From positions 1-33,628 of the IMG/VR virus record IMGVR_UViG_3300017913_000012: a stretch of DNA of 33,628 nucleotides. One strand, written 5' to 3'. Under the pieces are notes generated by a model. It was not told where the DNA came from. It saw only the letters and a program-made list of their open reading frames with translations, and did no database searches. This stretch comes from a virus. Taxonomy: Duplodnaviria; Caudoviricetes. A program made the position numbers and the translations under genes. This document shows, piece by piece, positions 18,501 through 25,666 of the stretch. Each line of letters starts with the position of its first letter. The stretch's first letter is position 1.

Positions 18501-19149
18501 GGTTACTGATGCTAACATGACACCTGACCTAAGACAAGGGCCAGAGAGATACAACCAAGCTTTTAAGTATATCAATAACTTGTTCTCTGGACTAGGCTCA
18601 TCTTCTGACTTACCACGTAGGGCAACTCCAACAAGAGGCACAGACCTTGAGACTGATGTTGGTAAACAGATTATGGGTGTTCGTGGTTCTCGTGAACCAA
18701 ACCTGATTGAAACAATGTTGAATGCTGCAGGTAAACCTTACTGGAAATCCATACGGTTTGAAGGTCCAGCTGAAGTAAAGAACTACATGGATGGTCTTGT
18801 GGCTCCCTACCTAAACACTGCAGCCAGAAAGTACCTTAAGCAAAACCCAGAGTTTTTTAAACTACCTCAAGCTGATAAGGAAAGAATACTTAATAGTGTT
18901 CTTGAGGAAGCAAGAACAAATGTAACTTCTGTTATGCAAACTGGACCTATCCCTAGAAACCTAGAGATGGTCAGGGTTTTGTCTGGTAAAGATAAAGATA
19001 AAGTCAGTAATGTAATGAAGTTCTTAGGTATTCAAGGTGACTTGGAAGACATACTAAAAGAAGAGGATGCACTAAGCACCCTCCAAAAAATTGATTACTT
19101 TGTAAAGTATTACGACCGTATCTTCCACGGTGATCTAAAGCTAGACTAA
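15556..19149 (+). CDS. Large internal virion (ejection) protein (about 1197 aa)
   Basis: Longest ORF, last gene of the structural arm, A/G-rich helical; ATG at 15556 preferred over the TTG at 15544. Confidence 0.75.
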   Translation: MEEYEDVLTLEEVGIEPPLTSDEILGEYEAPLLNTPPSLKAESVPVSANALVDLDSILKRYGRQLTKEDIINDDDLMEVVRSSLEARFKPVGTVGGVYRGVSGLSGAAVGGTGPRNYRDMDAEEAFETWQNYQRSFAGGQSVTTANEVVYGLNADDEIRHRLGAGYYLFDNMTNAFTGEGSWSEMGDAIWDYGKAAVYDPTTLLSFGLGKAVSYAGTKASTAAARSMMIKGFQEYVKQGMSKTAARKAVGQVVAKAAPAATADAIINMGLDVAYQSQLIRTDVQEEYSAAQTALSAAGALVIPALVAGTTGIGALRKSDLLKDTFIGYKEIDVPNISAAQAVELNRRRTKGDVLVDYLSANFGKLEGSSGDFLDWERLKAQADGNIAWNKENMTDTEVLNAFFKRFWLGSVDGEVAGYYQALREAGFVVHKSMVDEYGLTGSFAQAIKFIKPEKITEITDAFEQGTGLKLNITKTPQGLADHFAKSSSLAGQTLWLPSQLSRLEKMGRADAITALKNMGATSKPADDPKTFQFGLSIYKRLLTSHLSTTGANIKGFTQLVSLNTAADFATAAINMTRAGVFKAFGDADSAAKYYNRAYGSALGAVRRGVSVLSPELEYEYAEKILNLNPKTQEKLFRDISGDSGVNQALKTFNLDPNNKIAAGMDSVTKGVQTATMVRLQDEITKTWAFGSNVNQAIMREYGVTPEKFFSRSDVAIEMASERFQTNVLEKATYRTLRETASVNWSTLPGNRGFRAAAKFVEKMTNQTLVGFLVPFGSFFNTTVATMADLSGANAMRFAYKRMTGQELDFVTQEGAEAFGRMAAGWSAVGLGIYGTGGSIDRIQQGLGWSQDRNDDGSIEDRTFDWPASTMRLVSQIIGHASGGSKNPQDWKFSEIPSDLWTELGIQLGGQSIRDLTDFERSFYEYVSALGEIKESQLVTGEFAGETVSKFVEFTEDLLLPPLGKAFQGATRPLDPVNQVVGLVTDANMTPDLRQGPERYNQAFKYINNLFSGLGSSSDLPRRATPTRGTDLETDVGKQIMGVRGSREPNLIETMLNAAGKPYWKSIRFEGPAEVKNYMDGLVAPYLNTAARKYLKQNPEFFKLPQADKERILNSVLEEARTNVTSVMQTGPIPRNLEMVRVLSGKDKDKVSNVMKFLGIQGDLEDILKEEDALSTLQKIDYFVKYYDRIFHGDLKLD

Positions 19150-19373
19150 TCCTCTAACATCTTATCTGCCCACTCATAAGCCTCTCGTCTTATCTCTTCA
19201 AATCTAAGGTAGCCACCCCTGTGTGCAGCAAGTAACCCCGCAAGTGCTTGACCTGCAAGGTATACTCTAGCTGTCATGGGAGGTTCCTTTATAGCTTTCA
19301 CTTCACGAAACTCTTGGGCTTCTTGCTCAAGGGTTTTCTTTTTTGGTCTGCCCCTAGGTTTCTTTTGCTCCAT
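19146..19373 (-). CDS. Small phage protein with an AT-hook-like motif (75 aa)
   Basis: KKPRGRPKKK N-terminus; GGAG RBS; C-terminal YLAGQALAGLLA...AYEWADKML helical module. Confidence 0.8.
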   Translation of the reverse strand: MEQKKPRGRPKKKTLEQEAQEFREVKAIKEPPMTARVYLAGQALAGLLAAHRGGYLRFEEIRREAYEWADKMLED

Positions 19374-19374
19374 A

Positions 19375-19626
19375 CTATCTCCGTGATTGTTGTTGGATCA
19401 AAGCTTCAAGATACCACCGTGCTTTCTTCAAGTCTTCTAAACCATTCTTGTATCGCCATCGGTGTAAATATTTGGCAACGTTACCACGATAGTAACCAAT
19501 CAATTCTTCATCTGTTAAGATGTCTTTGATATAGTCAATACATTCAATGTCACCTTGACCATAATGCTTAGGACTGTTTACATTGTCTGTAGGAACAACA
19601 TTGTGAAACTCAATCTGCTTTTTCAT
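19375..19626 (-). CDS. DUF3310 protein (T7 gp1.7 nucleotide kinase / SaV-like)
   Basis: VNSPKHY...IECID...GNVAKY..R...KNGLEDLKKARWYL signature. Confidence 0.85.
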   Translation of the reverse strand: MKKQIEFHNVVPTDNVNSPKHYGQGDIECIDYIKDILTDEELIGYYRGNVAKYLHRWRYKNGLEDLKKARWYLEALIQQQSRR

Positions 19627-20333
19627 AACCCCTCCTTCAAGAATATTTTAACCCACTCAGCACAGATATCTGATCTAATAATGTCGTCAATACCGAACTC
19701 AATGATCGGTATCGGTAACATATGTTTTTTAGCAAGGTGAATAATCTTTGATAGACCATCCGCTTCCTTCAGATCAGACTGCTGAACATCACCATTGAGA
19801 ACGATCTTACTGTTTTCACCTACACGAGTCAACAACATTTTTAATTCGTGAGTAGTAATGTTTTGTGTTTCGTCTACGATAATAAACGAGTCATCAAAAC
19901 TACGACCACGCATCAGTGCAAGTGGTGCCATTTCAATGTTACCATTCTTGATAGCTGTATCAACAGTACCCTTACCCAGATGCTTTGTGAGAACGTCTAG
20001 GACAGGCAATGCCCAAGGGTAAGTCTTTTCTTCTAGGGTACCTGGCAAGAAACCTAAGTCCTTACCTACGGCTACGTGAGGGCGTGTGATAACAATCTTA
20101 TCAATCTGTTTTGTAACATACATATCAGCAGCATAGGTAGCTGTAACATACGTCTTACCTGTACCAGCAGGACCAAGGATAAGGACTTGACTGGAGCTAC
20201 GTAAAGCTTCTATTAAATCCCTTTGACGATCTGTACGTGGTACTAACCCAGATACCTGCTTATTGTCTGCATTTTTATAGGTAGTCTTTCGTCTAGTTCT
20301 TTTTGGTTTAGACGGAAAGTCTTGTATATTCAT
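19623..20333 (-). CDS. phoH: PhoH-family ATPase
   Basis: GPAGTGKT, LGFLPGTLEEK, MRGRSF, DETQN and GDVQQSD motifs. Confidence 0.95.
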   Translation of the reverse strand: MNIQDFPSKPKRTRRKTTYKNADNKQVSGLVPRTDRQRDLIEALRSSSQVLILGPAGTGKTYVTATYAADMYVTKQIDKIVITRPHVAVGKDLGFLPGTLEEKTYPWALPVLDVLTKHLGKGTVDTAIKNGNIEMAPLALMRGRSFDDSFIIVDETQNITTHELKMLLTRVGENSKIVLNGDVQQSDLKEADGLSKIIHLAKKHMLPIPIIEFGIDDIIRSDICAEWVKIFLKEGL

Positions 20334-20779
20334 AGCTGAACCAACTCTGCTTTTGCATAAGGAATGTGAAAGAATAACTCACCTGGTTTGATGTACCTGC
20401 CTTTAGCTTCCCCAAGGCTCTCACGTGTAAGTAGTGTATCCTTAATACGCCAAGCTTGTTTCAAGTCCTCACGAAAGACATAGAAGTTTAGCACCCCATC
20501 GTCACCCTCATACTTATCAAGGAGTCTTTGCTTACGTTCAGGTATACGTATCTCCTTCCAGTTAGTAGGCCAGTCTCCTGTCCAAGCAACCTTAACCTCA
20601 GCTTCATTAAGAAATGTAAGGCCATGCTTTTGTGAAACAACATCTACAAAGTAGTTTTCCTTTATGTTTACAATCACATGATCTTTAGACTTAAGATATC
20701 CTACTAAAGCATCCTTTGCTTTCTTGTCATAGGCTTCATACAAAGCTCTATTAAAAGCTTTACGAATGGGCTTTTGCAT
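20330..20779 (-). CDS. Hypothetical protein, possible PD-(D/E)XK-fold nuclease (149 aa)
   Basis: VDVV...EAEVK motif; overlaps both neighbours. Confidence 0.55.
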   Translation of the reverse strand: MQKPIRKAFNRALYEAYDKKAKDALVGYLKSKDHVIVNIKENYFVDVVSQKHGLTFLNEAEVKVAWTGDWPTNWKEIRIPERKQRLLDKYEGDDGVLNFYVFREDLKQAWRIKDTLLTRESLGEAKGRYIKPGELFFHIPYAKAELVQL

Positions 20780-21002
20780 GTTCCAGATACTCCTTTAGTT
20801 CTGTGTAACCGCCGATGTGTGTACCTTTTTCATTAAAGATTTGAGGTACTGTAGTGATACTAGATCTTTTTAATAGATAAAGCAACCAACTACTAGATTT
20901 AGATTGGATATTATATTCTACATAACTGATGTTACTACTCTTCATAAGTTCTTTGGCTGTGTCACAAAAGTTACACTGGTCACGTGTGATTATCACGTAC
21001 AT
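20760..21002 (-). CDS. Glutaredoxin
   Basis: CNFC active site, TVPQIF and IGGY motifs; near the RNR gene. Confidence 0.93.
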   Translation of the reverse strand: MYVIITRDQCNFCDTAKELMKSSNISYVEYNIQSKSSSWLLYLLKRSSITTVPQIFNEKGTHIGGYTELKEYLEHAKAHS

Positions 21003-21177
21003 CTTTTCTCCATTTTAACTCAGCTAAGAGTTTTCTCTGTTCGTAATCAGACATTATAATCCAATCACGTATTTCATCTACGGTTCGGTTACACCCCACG
21101 CACTCACCGTTTTCTATGCGGCATACGAGTACGCAGGGTGACTGTTGGCTACCTACACTAGGTCTACGATTTCGCAT
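20980..21177 (-). CDS. DUF1289-family small Cys-rich (predicted Fe-S) protein
   Basis: SPCVLVC...CVGCNRT.DEI.DW signature. Confidence 0.8.
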   Translation of the reverse strand: MRNRRPSVGSQQSPCVLVCRIENGECVGCNRTVDEIRDWIIMSDYEQRKLLAELKWRKDVRDNHT

Positions 21178-23069
21178 GAGTCACCAGAGCAAGCCATTGT
21201 CTGCATTGCTACAGTGTTATCTTCTTCTTCATACTCTGATAGCTTTGTCCAGTCAATTGATTTAGGCATAAGTTCTAACAATTGATGATAGTCACTTGCT
21301 CCACAATCTTGATAGGGTGCTTGTTGATAAGTGTGATCAGAGTGTGGTAAGAATGACACACCGTACATCTCATCAAAATGTTTGTACACAAATGCACCTA
21401 CATCTAACCACTCATCATCACGTACTGAGATAGTCACCGATGGTTTATGCTCACACCACTCACGTTGGTAGACAAGCCAAGTCTCTAGCTGTTCAATAGC
21501 CGTCATATCATTACGTGTCACAGCATTGTCTGGCGACTTCTGAGGAAAACTAAACACTGTGGTCGTGTCACCTTTAAATACACATGGCTCATGAGGAATA
21601 CCTTGGTCTTTCATGAACTGAGTAAGAGGATCTTTATTGTCCCCTCGTACAGTCCTAATGTAAAACCGTGAGTGGCGAGCATGGATTCCAGATGCTGAAT
21701 CAACAAGCTGAGAGACAGTGCCGCTTGGCTTAACGCACGTGATACTAGCAGATACAGGGATACCGAGACGATCAGCCCACTCAGCATTAGTATCAACAGC
21801 AACTTCACGGAGATAACTAAGAGTTTTTTTAAGAGCAGCATTCTTTGTAGTCAGTAATGGGTTATCCATTATCCCTGTGAGAGACACACCGAGCAGTCGT
21901 TCTTCTTCTGTATTTCGTTGCCACACCTTTCGCAAGTATGGGAACTTGGTGTAGGTGGATTGTATTGTCCCAAGGATTGTAGCCAATCGTACCTTGCGAG
22001 CAAGATCGTCGATAGTATCCGTAGCACGGACAACACACTCTGTAAGATTACAGAACTGATACGGACGAAGGATAATTTCAGAACAAGGATTAGTTCCAAA
22101 GTCATGCCCTGCATCACGTCTGCCATATCTTGCAGCTTGCTTCTTAGATGCTTCACGGTTAAATACTCCTCTTTCACCTGACTTAGATTCTACCAGTGCA
22201 GTCCACTCACGCATAAATGTTTCTACATCTGGTTTTTCTGTGTACGACACAGAGTTGTTTGCCAAAGCACGGTGAGCTGCAGTCTCCCACCACTGCCCTG
22301 ACTTAGCATGGCGCATACGATCATCACTTAGGTTGGACAAGGAGATCATAGCACTGCGGCGTACACCACCTACAACAACGATCTGTCCAATAAAACACAT
22401 AAGGTCATGACATTCGATAGAACTTAGCTTACGCCCTTGAGCATTCTTAAATGTAGACACAGCAAAGTTAAACAGTTCAACCAATGGAGCTGGGCCTGAT
22501 GCTCTACCGCCAAACGTTTTAAGTCTTGCACCTGCAGGACGTACTCTGCTAACATCCCACTTAGGAATCTCACCAGCCCAAAGGAGTGCTAACACTTGAC
22601 GGAAAGCTTTCGCCCAACCTTCCTTACTATCCTTCACGACGACTGTGGTATCACTCTCAAACAGATGTGGTACTTCTGGGAGCTTAGTGATGTACTGCCG
22701 TTCTACAGAGAAACCAACCCCCGTGCCACAGAGGAGGATGTACATCGCTTCGTCGAAGCTTTTCGGATCATCTACTGGGAGATATGAACAGTTGTACCCT
22801 GCTGTGTTGTCACGATCTAGTGCAGGACCAGCAGTCATCATAGCTCTCATGGATGGCATGATCTCTAAGCCAAGAATAGCCTGTTCAATATCATGAGCTA
22901 CATTCAAATTATCTTCATTAGCACCACTATCAATCACAGGTTCGACAACGTTATCTATATATCGGGATACAGTTTCATCCCAGTTCTCACGCCCCTTACC
23001 ATCAAAGTACTTAGCATAGCGAGACTTGTGAATGAATGACTGGTAGTCTGTTGGTAAATAGTTGCTCAT
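21153..23069 (-). CDS. nrdJ: Class II (adenosylcobalamin-dependent) ribonucleotide reductase
   Basis: YNCSY, GTGVGFS, GGVRRSA, TNPCSEI, VKPSGTVSQL and C-terminal CSGDSC motifs; no beta-subunit gene nearby. Confidence 0.92.
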   Translation of the reverse strand: MSNYLPTDYQSFIHKSRYAKYFDGKGRENWDETVSRYIDNVVEPVIDSGANEDNLNVAHDIEQAILGLEIMPSMRAMMTAGPALDRDNTAGYNCSYLPVDDPKSFDEAMYILLCGTGVGFSVERQYITKLPEVPHLFESDTTVVVKDSKEGWAKAFRQVLALLWAGEIPKWDVSRVRPAGARLKTFGGRASGPAPLVELFNFAVSTFKNAQGRKLSSIECHDLMCFIGQIVVVGGVRRSAMISLSNLSDDRMRHAKSGQWWETAAHRALANNSVSYTEKPDVETFMREWTALVESKSGERGVFNREASKKQAARYGRRDAGHDFGTNPCSEIILRPYQFCNLTECVVRATDTIDDLARKVRLATILGTIQSTYTKFPYLRKVWQRNTEEERLLGVSLTGIMDNPLLTTKNAALKKTLSYLREVAVDTNAEWADRLGIPVSASITCVKPSGTVSQLVDSASGIHARHSRFYIRTVRGDNKDPLTQFMKDQGIPHEPCVFKGDTTTVFSFPQKSPDNAVTRNDMTAIEQLETWLVYQREWCEHKPSVTISVRDDEWLDVGAFVYKHFDEMYGVSFLPHSDHTYQQAPYQDCGASDYHQLLELMPKSIDWTKLSEYEEEDNTVAMQTMACSGDSCEIVDLV

Positions 23070-23158
23070 TTCTTTTTAGTCTCCCCAATTGCAATAAACA
23101 TAAACCCTAGTATGATAATGAGTAGTATAGATATAGCTGTAATTATTGAACCTATCAT
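23066..23158 (-). CDS. 30-aa single-pass membrane peptide, not in the ORF track
   Basis: MIGSIITAISILLIIILGFMFIAIGETKKK; ATGA overlaps at both ends (with mazG and nrdJ); AGGAG upstream. Confidence 0.7.
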   Translation of the reverse strand: MIGSIITAISILLIIILGFMFIAIGETKKK

Positions 23159-23511
23159 CGTTTATCTCCTGACCCTGACAGTGTTCCACGTTCTTTTCTT
23201 CCATACAGTTTTTTAAGGTTAGCGTCAGCTAAGTCTTTTAAGTCTACGTTTAGATCACGACATAGAGCTGCGATATACCACAGACAATCCCCCACTTCAT
23301 CCGCAATAGCCTGACGATCAAAGGTACCGTCACGCATAATCTTCTTAACCTTATTAGCTACCTCACCTGCTTCTGCAGCAAGTCCCAATGCAGGGTAAAT
23401 TACAGCATGTTCCTGCTTATAGATAGCAGTGTGTGCTGCTGCACGTTGATAATCATTTAGTTGACCTGAGTCATAGTAGTCCCAGGCTTCAAGATCAGTT
23501 TCATTGATCAT
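23155..23511 (-). CDS. mazG: MazG-like NTP pyrophosphohydrolase
   Basis: LGLAAEAGEVANKVKK...DEVGDCLWY...N..KL..R..RG...GSGD.R signature. Confidence 0.9.
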   Translation of the reverse strand: MINETDLEAWDYYDSGQLNDYQRAAAHTAIYKQEHAVIYPALGLAAEAGEVANKVKKIMRDGTFDRQAIADEVGDCLWYIAALCRDLNVDLKDLADANLKKLYGRKERGTLSGSGDKR

Positions 23512-23662
23512 TCTTTACCTCACATTCTAGTATTTTAATATCGTCTATATCGTATATGGAGTCTTGAATTAACTCAGATAAAACCTCTGTGTTATCTCCA
23601 AACGTCTCCAAAAAGTTTGCATCTGGGTCAACCTCAAGGATCATATGAATTTCAAACTTCAT
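23501..23662 (-). CDS. Small acidic hypothetical protein (53 aa), not in the ORF track
   Basis: MKFEIHMILEVDPDANFLETFGDNTEVLSELIQDSIYDIDDIKILECEVKNDQ; AGGGG upstream; fills the gap between genes. Confidence 0.75.
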   Translation of the reverse strand: MKFEIHMILEVDPDANFLETFGDNTEVLSELIQDSIYDIDDIKILECEVKNDQ

Positions 23663-23671
23663 GGCGAACCC

Positions 23672-23908
23672 CTAGTTATATCCAGCAGTGTTGTCCATGT
23701 CAATGACAATAGGATCTATGCTAGATTTAAAATGAGACTCCCATTCGTAAGCATCATCAAAGTCTTCAAACCAAAAGTTATCTTCGCCTAACACACCATC
23801 TACCTCTGCCTGACAAACCATAAACCATTTAGCCCCTTCGGGAGCATCTTCACCTGACTCTTCTACACTGATTGGCCCTTGTAACACACGCCAAATTTTA
23901 ACTTCCAT
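23672..23908 (-). CDS. Acidic hypothetical protein (about 78 aa)
   Basis: ORF fills the gap; ATG at 23908, alternative GTG at 23917. Confidence 0.7.
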   Translation of the reverse strand: MEVKIWRVLQGPISVEESGEDAPEGAKWFMVCQAEVDGVLGEDNFWFEDFDDAYEWESHFKSSIDPIVIDMDNTAGYN

Positions 23909-24254
23909 TCTTTTCACCCCATACTTTTAACAACTCTATGTAGTGTTCAATGTCTATCATAACAACCCAAGGTTTACGGTCAGCCCTAAAGAACACAACA
24001 GGTTCACCTTTACCATGGTTAGCTGCTTGATCCAAGAAGTCATAGACAGTTTTAAGTGCGGCCTTACGCCGCTTCACTTCAATAGTGATTGGAAGTTTTT
24101 TTCGTACAGCAGGAGATAGCTGTATGTCTTCCCCAGTATCTCCCATAGTAGTAGACTTGATATCGTCAGGTTCAAACTCTGGAAAGGCTTCCAGTAACTT
24201 GTCTCTGATTTCATTCTGTCCAAGCCTACCCTTATTCTTTGCGGTCCTAGCCAT
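23898..24254 (-). CDS. Holliday junction resolvase-like PD-(D/E)XK endonuclease (118 aa)
   Basis: AKNKGR..Q...GEDI...IEVKRR...PVVFFRADR; ATG at 24254 with GAGG upstream. Confidence 0.8.
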   Translation of the reverse strand: MARTAKNKGRLGQNEIRDKLLEAFPEFEPDDIKSTTMGDTGEDIQLSPAVRKKLPITIEVKRRKAALKTVYDFLDQAANHGKGEPVVFFRADRKPWVVMIDIEHYIELLKVWGEKNGS

Positions 24255-25101
24255 CAGTAACCTCTGGAACTTTCGGTGGCTTCTCCACATGTACTAAGTA
24301 TTCTATACCATAAGAGTACTGATACATCTTTAGGTTGGGCCAACAAGCTTTCTTGTATTCACAGAACTGACAAGACTTATCTAGCTTGGTGTTAGGGCTA
24401 GACTTGCTGGCAGGTACGGGTGATATACGTTCAGTAGGTATGTCACCTGACACCAGTTCTTTTGCAGCAAGCATCTCCTGCTCTTTAGTTTTAAGCTCTT
24501 CTGTAAAGTCATAAACATCTAAGCAAATCTCCCCATTAACTTTATCAATTGCTAAGAATGCACCACGTGTTTTGTCTGTTACAAGCGGATCATCTTTAGC
24601 TGCATAAACATAAGAAGATAGTTGGCTGATGTAACCAAAGGGATCGTTACCACGTAGATCACCTTCCTTAAACTTCTTAAATGCATATGGGCTGCAAGAC
24701 TTAACGTCAATGGTCATACCATCAATGACTGCATCACGGTGTCCACGAATACCATGAACATTAAGTCTGTCTTGAGAACCTTTAAGCTCATGGCCTGATG
24801 CAATGACCATCGAAAGAATTAGTTCTTCGATCATGTCACCATAGAAAAACTTAAGTAACATGTTAGCGTCAAGAGGCTCGCCAAAACCTGGCTTGTTTAT
24901 TTTATACCAAAGCTTTCGCTTACATGGTGTGCCGATAGACGAAAGAGATAGATACCCACGAGGTTCTTGCGGCTTACTAAATCTTTTGTTGGCAGACATT
25001 GCTATGTTATTACCTAACATCGAACCTATCGTACCATTCCACCCGCCACGGCCATAGATAACTGACTCAATGTCCTCGACTAGAGTATCAATCGTTTTCA
25101 T
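24247..25101 (-). CDS. Cas4/AddB-like PD-(D/E)XK exonuclease with predicted 4Fe-4S cluster (284 aa)
   Basis: LSSIGTPCKRKLWY, GHRDAV...IDVKS, QLSSY and C-terminal CQFC-x5-C. Confidence 0.85.
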   Translation of the reverse strand: MKTIDTLVEDIESVIYGRGGWNGTIGSMLGNNIAMSANKRFSKPQEPRGYLSLSSIGTPCKRKLWYKINKPGFGEPLDANMLLKFFYGDMIEELILSMVIASGHELKGSQDRLNVHGIRGHRDAVIDGMTIDVKSCSPYAFKKFKEGDLRGNDPFGYISQLSSYVYAAKDDPLVTDKTRGAFLAIDKVNGEICLDVYDFTEELKTKEQEMLAAKELVSGDIPTERISPVPASKSSPNTKLDKSCQFCEYKKACWPNLKMYQYSYGIEYLVHVEKPPKVPEVTDG

Positions 25102-25112
25102 ACTGTGTCCTT

Positions 25113-25137
25113 AAAAAGTAGCCCCCCGAAGGGGGCC
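25113..25137 (-). terminator. Intrinsic terminator downstream of the SSB gene
   Basis: Minus strand GCCCCC-TTCG-GGGGGC followed by TACTTTTT (cUUCGg tetraloop). Confidence 0.85.
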
Positions 25138-25143
25138 GTTAGT

Positions 25144-25653
25144 TTAGAATAGAACTTCGTCATTTACTTTTTTAACTGGTGCCTCTGACGAACTTGCAGA
25201 CACAGTATTAGCTGTGATGATTTCCTCATCACTTACAAGCTCGATTACCTTAATCGAATCGAGGCGTGTTCCAGCTCGGTTCTTGTAAGAGGTGTCGTAT
25301 ACAGACAGCATTACCTCTACACTAGAGCCGTTACCAATGGGACCATCACTATCAAAATCCCAAGGAGTCCCATCAGCATGAGTAACATTAGGCGCACCAC
25401 TATCCCAGTCACGGCCCGTGTTAAACTTACGGATGAACTTTGCCTTGAACATACCATTACCTACATCCTTTGGCTGCTTAATAGAACGTGATGCTTTTAA
25501 TGCAGCAACGTTAGCTTCATCCATAATCAGATCAATAGTACAAGCACCATCATGTACTTCATAAGCACCCTCATAACCTTTGAGGTCACGGTTTTGTTCA
25601 AAGACTTTTGCCCATTCGGCAGTTCCAGTTAGTTTTACTTTTCTTGTAGCCAT
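25144..25653 (-). CDS. Single-stranded DNA-binding protein, T7 gp2.5-like (169 aa)
   Basis: G...WAKV...IGNGS.V.V...RL..IKV motif; acidic tail ending in F; GGAGG RBS before ATG 25653. Confidence 0.8.
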   Translation of the reverse strand: MATRKVKLTGTAEWAKVFEQNRDLKGYEGAYEVHDGACTIDLIMDEANVAALKASRSIKQPKDVGNGMFKAKFIRKFNTGRDWDSGAPNVTHADGTPWDFDSDGPIGNGSSVEVMLSVYDTSYKNRAGTRLDSIKVIELVSDEEIITANTVSASSSEAPVKKVNDEVLF

Positions 25654-25666
25654 TCGGCCCTCCATA

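Noticed and set aside
24247-25101. Cas4-like gene as part of a CRISPR system
   Set aside because: No array or other cas genes; it sits in the usual replication-exonuclease position between SSB and resolvase.
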